From IMG/VR virus record IMGVR_UViG_3300032291_003663, positions 1 to 64,000 of that record: a stretch of DNA of 64,000 nucleotides. One strand, given 5' to 3'. The notes beneath the pieces are model-generated. The model searched no databases and was not told the origin of the DNA. It worked only from the letters and a program-made list of their open reading frames with translations. A program made the translations under genes and the position numbers. Of the stretch, positions 40,787 to 48,143 are shown piece after piece. The stretch is from a virus. How positions within the stretch are numbered: position 1 is the stretch's first letter; every line of letters begins with the position of its first letter.

Positions 40787-41489
40787 CCTACCAGAATATA
40801 CTAATTTCTTATATAGGGAATTGAAACAACATCAAACAGACACACATGATATATTCGTGTTTGATAATGCTAGTTCACCTGAAGGACAACCTGAAATTGT
40901 ACATTTATCAACAGATGAAAATTGCTATTTTGGAGGTGCTATGAACCTAGCATTTGAGTTTATATTAAATACAGATGAATATGATTCATTATTATTCTTA
41001 AGTAACGACGTTATTTTACATGGTAATAATTTTGTAGACACCTTGCGCAATGAAATGTTTGAGCATGATTATACCGTTTTATCTCCATCAGTACTGCAAA
41101 TTAGAACGCAGCCTGATATGTGGAGACAAATGTTTAATTATGGAACTAAAAATGTAAGACAAGTACCGTGGGTTGATTATATGTCACCTTTAATTCACAG
41201 ACGTTTGATTGAAGAAATTCAACAATTTGACATGCGAATGATATACGGATGGGGACTAGACATTTATTCAGGAATAGTATGTGAACAAAAAGGTTGGAAA
41301 ATAGGAGTAGTTGATTATCTTGCAGCTGCACACTTAGTAGCAAAAACAACTAAAGAAGGCAAATCAGATATTACATCTGAACAATACTTTAGATTAGCTC
41401 AAAACGGAATGGATAGTTTCTTCTCTAGTAATGGATTAGATAGTGAAAAACACAGATTAATGAATTTAGCTCAAACATATAAAGTATGA
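40755..41489 (+). CDS. GT2-like glycosyltransferase
   Basis: ILNHN, VFDNAS, FGGAMN, LSNDV, GWGLD. Confidence 0.75.
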   Translation: MKTLVTILNHNLPEYTNFLYRELKQHQTDTHDIFVFDNASSPEGQPEIVHLSTDENCYFGGAMNLAFEFILNTDEYDSLLFLSNDVILHGNNFVDTLRNEMFEHDYTVLSPSVLQIRTQPDMWRQMFNYGTKNVRQVPWVDYMSPLIHRRLIEEIQQFDMRMIYGWGLDIYSGIVCEQKGWKIGVVDYLAAAHLVAKTTKEGKSDITSEQYFRLAQNGMDSFFSSNGLDSEKHRLMNLAQTYKV

Positions 41490-42379
41490 TAACATTTTGC
41501 GTCTCAACATATAATAATTTAGAATATCTTAAATGGTGTATTAAATCAGTAAAAGAAAATGCTCATTTTAATACTGCTCCGTTTATAGTACATGCTGAAA
41601 ACTGTACTGATGGAACAAATGAATGGCTTGAAGAAGTTAAAGATCAATATAATTTAGAAATATATATTGAACCAGAAGTAAAACCTGCTCGAGGAATAGG
41701 GGGTGGAATGAACTTCTGTGCAGATAAGATAAAAACAAAATACATTATATTTCTTCAATCTGATTTCTATGTTGCTAAGAATTTTGACTTAGCTTTATTA
41801 AATGAAATAGAAAAATATGAGAAACATTATATTATATCATCCTGGAGAATTCAACCAAATATATTCAATAATCCTCCAATGAAACCGGGTAATATATTTT
41901 TTCCTATAGATTATCTTGGAGCATATTGGAATGATTTTCAAGATAAATACTTTATTGAATTTGCAGAAGAATTCAGTGAATTAAATGATATACAAATTAG
42001 AAGAGGAGAAGGAGCAGGTGGATTTATAATTAAAAAAGAAGATTGGGATTACATTGGTGGAAATGATTCATTATTTGCTCCTACATCTTGGGAGGATATG
42101 GATTTATTTATTCGAATGCAAAATGAAGGATTTGAATTTATTCAAACAACAAAATCTGTAATTTGGCATTTTGCTGGACGAGGTTCGCATCGCTTAGAAG
42201 AAAATGAAGGACAATCATCTAATAGACAAAAAGAAACAGAACATATAAATGCAGGTAAATTTTATCATAAATGGGGACAATTACCTCAAATAGATGAAAA
42301 TGAATTTGTAAAACCAATACTATCAACCAAAAATAGAATGACATATGATATCACTAATAATACCAGCTACAACATCTAA
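41486..42379 (+). CDS. GT2-family glycosyltransferase
   Basis: STYNN, CTDGT, LQSDF, IGGND, WEDMDL, WHF. Confidence 0.85.
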   Translation: MITFCVSTYNNLEYLKWCIKSVKENAHFNTAPFIVHAENCTDGTNEWLEEVKDQYNLEIYIEPEVKPARGIGGGMNFCADKIKTKYIIFLQSDFYVAKNFDLALLNEIEKYEKHYIISSWRIQPNIFNNPPMKPGNIFFPIDYLGAYWNDFQDKYFIEFAEEFSELNDIQIRRGEGAGGFIIKKEDWDYIGGNDSLFAPTSWEDMDLFIRMQNEGFEFIQTTKSVIWHFAGRGSHRLEENEGQSSNRQKETEHINAGKFYHKWGQLPQIDENEFVKPILSTKNRMTYDITNNTSYNI

Positions 42380-43277
42380 TCAACACTATACAGACTTTGC
42401 AATACAACAAATTCGAGAATTATATCCAAATGAAAACGAAGTTGAGATTGTAGTTGAAGTAAATGATAATGTAACATTAGGAATTAACTATAATAATGCC
42501 GTAGCTAAAGCTAAAGGTGAGATTGTGGTATTGATGCATAACGATATGGTACCACACCCTGGGTTTGTAGAAGCAATTTTAAAGCATATAGAGCGCAAAT
42601 TAGTACTCGTTTATCATCGAATAGAACCGCCTATCTACACAGACACATATTTAGGCAAGTCAATATCTGACTGTGGTAAAGATATTGAAACATACGATAA
42701 AGATAAATTTTTCTCGTATAATAGTGATGACATGATATTAGAAGGTGGTTCACAATTATTCTTTGCTGTTTATAAAGATGATTACTTAGATATAGATGGA
42801 TATACATTTAAAAAGTTTTGTGAAGATGATGATGTACATTTAAGATATAAAACAGCAGGATATCAATGTAAAGTTGCTACAGGCGCTATGGTTTATCACT
42901 TTGTAAGTAAAACATCAAGAGTTGATAACTATCAAGAAACTGAAATGCTATCTAATTTAGCGTTTATTAGAAAATGGGGCTTTAGAGTATCTAAATACAA
43001 CAAGGTATATAAGAAAGCATATACACTTAAAGGTACTGCTCCTCATGATTTAATTAATGCTCTTAATCTATGGTTCACATCTACCCTTGCAGAGGCAAAT
43101 GTGGTTGCCGAAATAAATGTTAGTACCTTTACTCAACAAGATTACGCGTTTTTAACGCAATTAAATGACATAATTGCTGAGAGTGGTGAAGTGGGCACAT
43201 TCGAATTAGGGAACGTTAAAATCAACGTTAAATCGCTAGAATCATTTGAAAAAGATTTAATATTTATACAAAAATAA
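42345..43277 (+). CDS. GT2-family glycosyltransferase
   Basis: ISLIIP, MHNDM, FCEDDD..LR, VYHFVSKTSR. Confidence 0.8.
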   Translation: MISLIIPATTSNQHYTDFAIQQIRELYPNENEVEIVVEVNDNVTLGINYNNAVAKAKGEIVVLMHNDMVPHPGFVEAILKHIERKLVLVYHRIEPPIYTDTYLGKSISDCGKDIETYDKDKFFSYNSDDMILEGGSQLFFAVYKDDYLDIDGYTFKKFCEDDDVHLRYKTAGYQCKVATGAMVYHFVSKTSRVDNYQETEMLSNLAFIRKWGFRVSKYNKVYKKAYTLKGTAPHDLINALNLWFTSTLAEANVVAEINVSTFTQQDYAFLTQLNDIIAESGEVGTFELGNVKINVKSLESFEKDLIFIQK

Positions 43278-43281
43278 CCAC

Positions 43282-43653
43282 ATGGAAGCTATTAGCATAT
43301 TAGAAGAATTAAAATTATTTCTGGAAGCCGAAGAAGAAGTAGATGCTGAAGCTGATCTACAGATAGACGCTCCTACATCGCCTCGTCTAAAATTAGACGT
43401 TAATCCAAATCCAACTAAAAAAGGAGTAAAGGTACAATTTGTATTACCTAAAGGGTATAGCACAAATCAAAAAGAAGAATTAACTCAAAAGTTAAAAACT
43501 AAACTGAATGCTGGTTTAGCTCCACATATGTTAAGTGTAGATGTTGATTTAGATGTACCTTATGAAAATGTTATTGGATTTTTAATTAGACTAAGTAACT
43601 TTAAAATGCTTATAAAATCTATACTAGAAGAAGGAAGTAAAAAACCAGCTTAA
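43282..43653 (+). CDS. Hypothetical protein
   Basis: ORF track; TATTTATA at 43261. Confidence 0.7.
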   Translation: MEAISILEELKLFLEAEEEVDAEADLQIDAPTSPRLKLDVNPNPTKKGVKVQFVLPKGYSTNQKEELTQKLKTKLNAGLAPHMLSVDVDLDVPYENVIGFLIRLSNFKMLIKSILEEGSKKPA

Positions 43654-43663
43654 AATATAAAAC

Positions 43664-44053
43664 ATGGCTAAAAGAATTATCCCTAATCTATATATTGCCA
43701 TTCAAGAAGGAACTGACTTTAACATAATCCAAGATAATGCTCAAATACAAGAAGTATTATTCAATAGTGTAGTGGATGGAATTAAAGACGCAGCTAAAAC
43801 CAACAAACAAGAAGCAACAATAATAGAATTAAACTCATCAGGTAACTATATTTCTATCAATTATGAAAATTGGAAATTATCTTTAGAAAAAGCGCAAATA
43901 TATTTTGCCGGTTTAGAACAATATGAAGTGTGTGCAGATATTCAAAAAATAATAGAATCAATTAATAGTTATGAACCCAAAAGATCATATAGAAAAACTA
44001 CAAGAACAAATAAACCAAATAATAGGAACTCAGAGTGTCTTAAAACGTCGTAA
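43664..44053 (+). CDS. Hypothetical protein with UVR-like motif (paralog of 45739)
   Basis: EQYEVCADIQKI. Confidence 0.55.
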   Translation: MAKRIIPNLYIAIQEGTDFNIIQDNAQIQEVLFNSVVDGIKDAAKTNKQEATIIELNSSGNYISINYENWKLSLEKAQIYFAGLEQYEVCADIQKIIESINSYEPKRSYRKTTRTNKPNNRNSECLKTS

Positions 44054-44375
44054 AAAGACAAACGAGGATGCTCAACGTGAATTATTTATTAATACTGTTC
44101 CTTTATTAGAACATATTGTGAATAGAGGAGATATGTTATTTGCTGACTATGGGATTAATTTACTTAAACATGATGAATCTTTCTTCCAAATTATAGATAG
44201 CTTAATATATATGCATTTTGGAAAAGATGCCGGGGAGATAATAATGTTTTACGTTTATGAAAGAATTAATCCTGATGGAACAATAAATCCACTATATGAT
44301 ACTGAGGATAATGTTGTTCCTTTAGATAAAATTGAAGACTTGTGGGAATTAGTAAAGCAATTAATTAAAAAATAA
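43971..44375 (+). CDS. Hypothetical protein
   Basis: ORF track. Confidence 0.65.
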   Translation: MNPKDHIEKLQEQINQIIGTQSVLKRRKKTNEDAQRELFINTVPLLEHIVNRGDMLFADYGINLLKHDESFFQIIDSLIYMHFGKDAGEIIMFYVYERINPDGTINPLYDTEDNVVPLDKIEDLWELVKQLIKK

Positions 44376-45025
44376 TGCCTGCTGCTAAACCATTAAGTAA
44401 AGAAGATATATTACGAGCAATGCGATTTACAAAATCAAATCGTGCTGCCGCTCGTTATCTAGGAGTATCCTATCAACATTATAAACCTTGGGCTAAGCAA
44501 TATAAAGCAGATGATGGCAATATTGACTTACCATCTCTATTTGAATTACATAAAAACCAATCAGGTAAAGGTATCCCTAAATTCTTACCCAATAAACGTA
44601 AAGACCCAAATGTTAAACTTATAATTGAGACAGGTACAGGATGGGAATCATTTACACCTGAGAAAATTAAGTCACGATTAATAGCAGAAGCATATTTAAA
44701 AGACGAATGTTACCATTGTGGATTTAATGAGCGTAGAGTAACTGATTATAAAACACCACTGTTATTACATTTTAAAGATGAAAATAAATGTAATTATTTA
44801 CTCGATAATTTAGAACTATACTGTTATAATTGTTATTTCTTATACGTTGCTAATCCGTTAACATTAGATCAAATACGTCATATTGAAGACAATACTGAGG
44901 TTAAAGCGGTAGCACATGAGTGGGATTTAACACCTGAGCAAATAGAGAATATGAAATCACTAGGCCTATGGGATGAAGATAAAAATGATGAACCTGGATC
45001 TGAATTTATAGCTTATCAAAAATAA
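44375..45025 (+). CDS. HTH + HNH-like Zn-binding protein
   Basis: SNRAAARYLGVS (HTH); CYHC...LHFKDEN..NY..DNL...CYNC. Confidence 0.65.
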   Translation: MPAAKPLSKEDILRAMRFTKSNRAAARYLGVSYQHYKPWAKQYKADDGNIDLPSLFELHKNQSGKGIPKFLPNKRKDPNVKLIIETGTGWESFTPEKIKSRLIAEAYLKDECYHCGFNERRVTDYKTPLLLHFKDENKCNYLLDNLELYCYNCYFLYVANPLTLDQIRHIEDNTEVKAVAHEWDLTPEQIENMKSLGLWDEDKNDEPGSEFIAYQK

Positions 45026-45053
45026 AATATTTATAAACACAAAAATCAAGATT

Positions 45054-45260
45054 ATGGAAAACAAGTATTACACAGTTAAAGTGGAATTTCAAATGGAAGA
45101 TGACAAAGGTAAAATTAAAAAACAAACCTTTTCATATCTAGTAGATGCTATGTCGGTAACAGAGGCCGAAACTAAAATGACTAAATGGTTAGTTGAAAGA
45201 AGTGAACGTGATTTTCAAATTAAAGCAGCTATTGCATCACCAATTGTAGAAGTACTATAA
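45054..45260 (+). CDS. DUF4494-like protein
   Basis: YLVDAMSVTEAE resembles the Bacteroidota DUF4494 repeat. Confidence 0.65.
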   Translation: MENKYYTVKVEFQMEDDKGKIKKQTFSYLVDAMSVTEAETKMTKWLVERSERDFQIKAAIASPIVEVL

Positions 45261-45269
45261 AAAATAAAA

Positions 45270-45455
45270 ATGGCAATCCAAACTAAAGACGAAGCTCAAA
45301 GTAAAGTAGATAAAAAAGTAGATAGATCATTTTATAAAAAGAAAAAATACGTACCGTTACGTGAAGAAAGTTGGGCTGATTTAAATCAGCGAGGCGCATC
45401 TTTAGCAGATCAACTTGAATGGATAAAATTAAAGAAAAATCAAAGTACTTCATAA
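45270..45455 (+). CDS. Small basic protein
   Basis: ORF track. Confidence 0.55.
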   Translation: MAIQTKDEAQSKVDKKVDRSFYKKKKYVPLREESWADLNQRGASLADQLEWIKLKKNQSTS

Positions 45456-45491
45456 TTAGGTAAATAATATTTATAATCAAAAATATAGAAT

Positions 45492-45749
45492 ATGAAACTT
45501 TGTGGTAACTGTGGAATTCAATTATCTTGCGGGTGTCAAAGACGAGACGCCTCTGATGGGAAATCATGTTGTGATCAATGCATAAATGTATATGAAACAT
45601 CTATTGCACCTCCTCTACCTCCTCCGCCCCCTCCTACTTCTATTCCACTACCAGTAGCAAAACCAGCTATTGTAGAAGAAATTAAAGTAGAAGAAGTAGT
45701 ACTTCCTGTTAAAACACTTACTAGAAGAAGTAATTCGGATGAGAAATAG
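45492..45749 (+). CDS. Cys-rich N-terminus plus polyproline protein
   Basis: CGNC...CGC...CCDQC then APPLPPPPPPTS; TATTTATA at 45468. Confidence 0.6.
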   Translation: MKLCGNCGIQLSCGCQRRDASDGKSCCDQCINVYETSIAPPLPPPPPPTSIPLPVAKPAIVEEIKVEEVVLPVKTLTRRSNSDEK

Positions 45750-46134
45750 TAAATCAAATATAATTGTATTTGAACCTCTATCTATACGAACCAATAAACC
45801 TAAAACGGTTTTTGAAGAGTATAAAGTAAAAATGGCTATAAAAGTAGTAGAGGCTATCTTACATTGTATTAAATTTGGAAAATCTAAAACAGTATTTGCA
45901 GAAATAATAGTTCCGGCATCTAAAGAAATAATTTGTCTAAATATTGAAGAAAGTAACTTTTTAGATACTTTAAATATAAATTTAGATACTTTAGTAGTAG
46001 AAGAAGAATATGAGCTATGTGCTGAATTAGTTAAAGCAAAAGAAAAAATAATAAATGGTCTTCCAAAGAAAAGTACTCGTCAAAAGAAAAAAGAAGCAGT
46101 TGACGATCTTATCGGAACCATAAAAAATCTTTAG
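45739..46134 (+). CDS. Hypothetical protein with UVR-like motif
   Basis: EEEYELCAELVK. Confidence 0.55.
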   Translation: MRNSKSNIIVFEPLSIRTNKPKTVFEEYKVKMAIKVVEAILHCIKFGKSKTVFAEIIVPASKEIICLNIEESNFLDTLNINLDTLVVEEEYELCAELVKAKEKIINGLPKKSTRQKKKEAVDDLIGTIKNL

Positions 46135-46161
46135 TATATTTGCATTAGTTCTTTAACATAT

Positions 46162-46526
46162 GGGGGTAACTGGATTTGATTGCAATGAGAATTGTAGTAT
46201 CACACGTAGAGGTAAGTGCTAGAAACTCTTTAAAACTGTACAAAACATTAACTGACGAAATGTCAACTATGACCTTTGATTCTCTTATGAGTTTCATTGG
46301 TGCTGATTACGCTCTAGCAGCCTAATTCCTCCCGTACACATCATGGGACAATTAAATAGAATGTGAAACCAATGTGGCATAGGAGCCGAATCGAACTCCT
46401 ATCACCGTCAGCTAACGCGGTGTGAGAATGTTAGATAAGTGTTCATTCTGAATAATGGAATAAACGTGTGACATGCTGGTATTATAGTTACTTTGTAAGA
46501 CGTGGGTTCGAATCCCACTACCTCCA
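46162..46526 (+). ncRNA. ssrA: tmRNA
   Basis: GGGGGTA/TACCTCC-A acceptor with G3.U; GGATTTGA D-loop; T-arm GTGGG-TTCGAAT-CCCAC; tag frame 46254-46325 DEMSTMTFDSLMSFIGADYALAA*; promoter box TATATTTG at 46135. Confidence 0.93.
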
Positions 46527-46609
46527 CTAAAATAATCATTATAAACAAATTAAATTTTGAAACCCTATTTTAGGGTAATACATTTAATTAAATAAAAAAC
46601 AAAAATAAC

Positions 46610-46762
46610 ATGAAAAAAGCAATTTTCGCTCTAGCATTAGTATCAGTATTATCAAGTTGTGGTGGTGGATCAAATGAAGTACCAACAATAGATTCAACAA
46701 AAGTAGATTCTGTAAAGGTAGATTCAACAGTAGTAACTGATTCTTCTGCAAATGTGAAGTAA
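46610..46762 (+). CDS. 50-aa lipoprotein
   Basis: MKKAIFALALVSVLSSCGGGSNEVPTIDSTKVDSVKVDSTVVTDSSANVK; lipobox LSSC; own promoter at 46556-46586; not in the ORF track. Confidence 0.8.
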   Translation: MKKAIFALALVSVLSSCGGGSNEVPTIDSTKVDSVKVDSTVVTDSSANVK

Positions 46763-46781
46763 TTTAGAATATTAAACTAAT

Positions 46782-46813
46782 AAAAGCTCTGAGATTAAAA
46801 TCAGGGCTTTTTT
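46782..46813 (+). terminator. Intrinsic terminator
   Basis: AAAAGCTCTGA-loop-TCAGGGCTTTTTT. Confidence 0.8.
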
Positions 46814-46837
46814 ACATTTACTTATAACATCAAAAAT

Positions 46838-46863
46838 AAAAAAAGCCGGCTTTTCAGCCGGCT
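46838..46863 (-). terminator. Intrinsic terminator of the minus-strand gene
   Basis: A-tract then AGCCGGC-TTTTCA-GCCGGCT. Confidence 0.8.
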
Positions 46864-46883
46864 ATACAAATAAAAATAATAGA

Positions 46884-47048
46884 CTAAGCTTTCTTTTTAG
46901 AAGCTATAGACCATCCAGCACCAACAAGTGTCATAACACCACCAAGGATTTCTTGGAACATTACGTCATCAACAAGTCCTTTTGCAACAATAATACCACC
47001 AATGAAGGTTAATGAGTGCCTGATAAGGCCTAAAGTTTGTTCTTTCAT
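46884..47048 (-). CDS. 54-aa 2-TM holin-like protein
   Basis: MKEQTLGLIRHSLTFIGGIIVAKGLVDDVMFQEILGGVMTLVGAGWSIASKKKA; minus-strand TATTTATA at 47082-47089; own terminator; not in the ORF track. Confidence 0.75.
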   Translation of the reverse strand: MKEQTLGLIRHSLTFIGGIIVAKGLVDDVMFQEILGGVMTLVGAGWSIASKKKA

Positions 47049-47146
47049 AATAATTGGGTTTAGTTAATAAATGAGAACACATATAAATATGAAAAAGTGG
47101 GAACCAAATAGTATATTCATATATTTATATTGTTCAAAAGATATAT

Positions 47147-47232
47147 GCCCTTGTGGTGAAATTGGTAGACACGCAAGACTTAAAATCTTGTTCGCTGTAA
47201 AGCGAGTGCGGGTTCAATTCCCGCTGGGGGTA
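47147..47232 (+). tRNA. tRNA-Leu(UAA)
   Basis: D-arm GTGAAATTGGTAGACAC; anticodon arm CAAGA-CTTAAAA-TCTTG; long variable arm; T-arm GCGGG-TTCAATT-CCCGC; acceptor rich in G.U pairs; no encoded CCA. Confidence 0.85.
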
Positions 47233-47242
47233 CTTAGTTAAT

Positions 47243-47398
47243 TGTCAAGTGGTGAAAGCTAGATCAGCAGGCATACACACCCACTCGTCTCGTGGGCGCT
47301 GAGTTTGAAATAGATGTTTTGGGTATGGGTTGACCACAAGCCGGCTATTTTGTCCAACATTGAATCACAGCGTGGAGGTTCGAATCCTTCCTTGACAG
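47243..47398 (+). ncRNA. tRNA-like RNA A (76-nt variable arm, non-canonical GTC loop)
   Basis: TGTCAAG/CTTGACA-G acceptor; GGAGG-TTCGAAT-CCTTC T-arm; CCCAC-TCGTCTC-GTGGG; CGCTG...CAGCG closes 47297-47372. Confidence 0.75.
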
Positions 47399-47417
47399 CT
47401 TAAATATAGATACAAAA

Positions 47418-47533
47418 GGTTGATTGGGAAGCCTTACACCTTCATTAAAAAGTTGGAATGTAAGCGAGGAGGTGTAGGAACCGAAGTAAAGCCAATCGTA
47501 AAAGTAGATGTCCACGCACCCATCTTCTACTTT
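47418..47533 (+). ncRNA. Unclassified structured RNA 1
   Basis: TGATTGG/CCAATCG, TACACCTTC/GGAGGTGTA and AAAGTAGA/TCTACTTT helices. Confidence 0.55.
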
Positions 47534-47548
47534 CCTAAAATTATTGAC

Positions 47549-47664
47549 ACGCACGGCAACCGAAGTCATACTAGTCAAAGATTAGGCAATGCGAACAACC
47601 ATGAAGAATACCTCACTGTGCGTAGGTAAGTTTTAAGTTCTTCTGACTGTGGGGAAAGACCCAC
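47549..47664 (+). ncRNA. Unclassified structured RNA 2 (possible pseudoknot)
   Basis: ACGCACGG/CTGTGCGT, CTAGTC/GATTAG, TACCT/AGGTA plus GAAGAA/TTCTTC, GTGGG/CCCAC. Confidence 0.5.
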
Positions 47665-47669
47665 TCTTT

Positions 47670-47777
47670 AGTCAGGTGGCGGAATTGGTAGACGCATTGA
47701 GGAATCTAAACTTGGTAACATTTGTTAGATTTAATAGTAATCCTCCTTCCTTACAGGTTCGAATCCTGTCCTGACTA
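47670..47777 (+). ncRNA. tRNA-like RNA B (extended arm in place of the anticodon arm)
   Basis: AGTCAGG/CCTGACT-A; Leu-like D-arm GGCGGAATTGGTAGACGC; ACAGG-TTCGAAT-CCTGT; GAGGA..ATCTAA..TTAGAT..TCCTC with no 7-nt loop. Confidence 0.75.
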
Positions 47778-47780
47778 CAA

Positions 47781-47985
47781 TGGGTAAGAGATACTCACTA
47801 GTCTTTAATTCAAGACTTAAACAATGGATTCGCAGAAAGTCTACGGCGCGAGTGGGACTTCATGGGAATAAAGGAGCGGACACAACTCCTCCCAGTAGTG
47901 TTGGATGTTTTTATGAGGGATGCCTCGCAGGTTTTTAAGAAATAGAAAACCGAAACAACTACTCATCAGTAATCTCAAGGTGGGG
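47781..47985 (+). ncRNA. Unclassified multibranch structured RNA 3
   Basis: GAGAT/ATCTC closing helix; CTCACT/AGTGGG, AGTCTT/AAGACT, AGGAG/CTCCT, AGTAGT/ACTACT, TGAGG/CCTCG, GGTTTT/AAAACC. Confidence 0.55.
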
Positions 47986-47990
47986 AAAAT

Positions 47991-48107
47991 AGTCAGGTGG
48001 GCGTAATGAGGGATGGTCCCGAGTCCTAGAGACCAATCGACACCTGTAAAGGTGCAAAATGATGGAGTCGTAAGGTTGCTTATCCGGTTCGAGTCCGGCC
48101 CTGACTA
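47991..48107 (+). ncRNA. tRNA-like RNA C (GNRA-capped arm in place of the anticodon)
   Basis: AGTCAGG/CCTGACT-A (same as B); CCGG-TTCGAGT-CCGG; D-stem GGGC/GTCC with inserted GGGA-TGG-TCCC; CACCT-GTAA-AGGTG. Confidence 0.72.
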
Positions 48108-48143
48108 CTTCTTTAAAAATGATATTTATAACAAATTAGATTT

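Noticed and set aside
32574-43277. Cellular O-antigen/capsule locus (host contamination)
   Set aside because: It is contiguous with phage genes in strand, composition and packing, and lacks wzx/wzy/wzz or export genes.
47500-47535. HDV-like/theta ribozyme suggested by the TCCACGC loop near tRNAs
   Set aside because: No GG for P1.1 and no J4/2 or P2 arrangement downstream; the fold could not be built by eye.
47345-47629. ORFs 47345-47578 (-) and 47420-47629 (+)
   Set aside because: They overlap tRNA-like or structured RNA, have atypical composition and have no start context.
47894-47963. Hammerhead ribozyme (stem-GAAAC-stem)
   Set aside because: No CUGANGA core before stem II.
47243-48107. 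Group I intron-containing tRNAs
   Set aside because: The inserts are only about 30-76 nt, too short for self-splicing introns, and I could not restore a canonical anticodon loop by a simple excision. Enzyme-spliced introns are not excluded.
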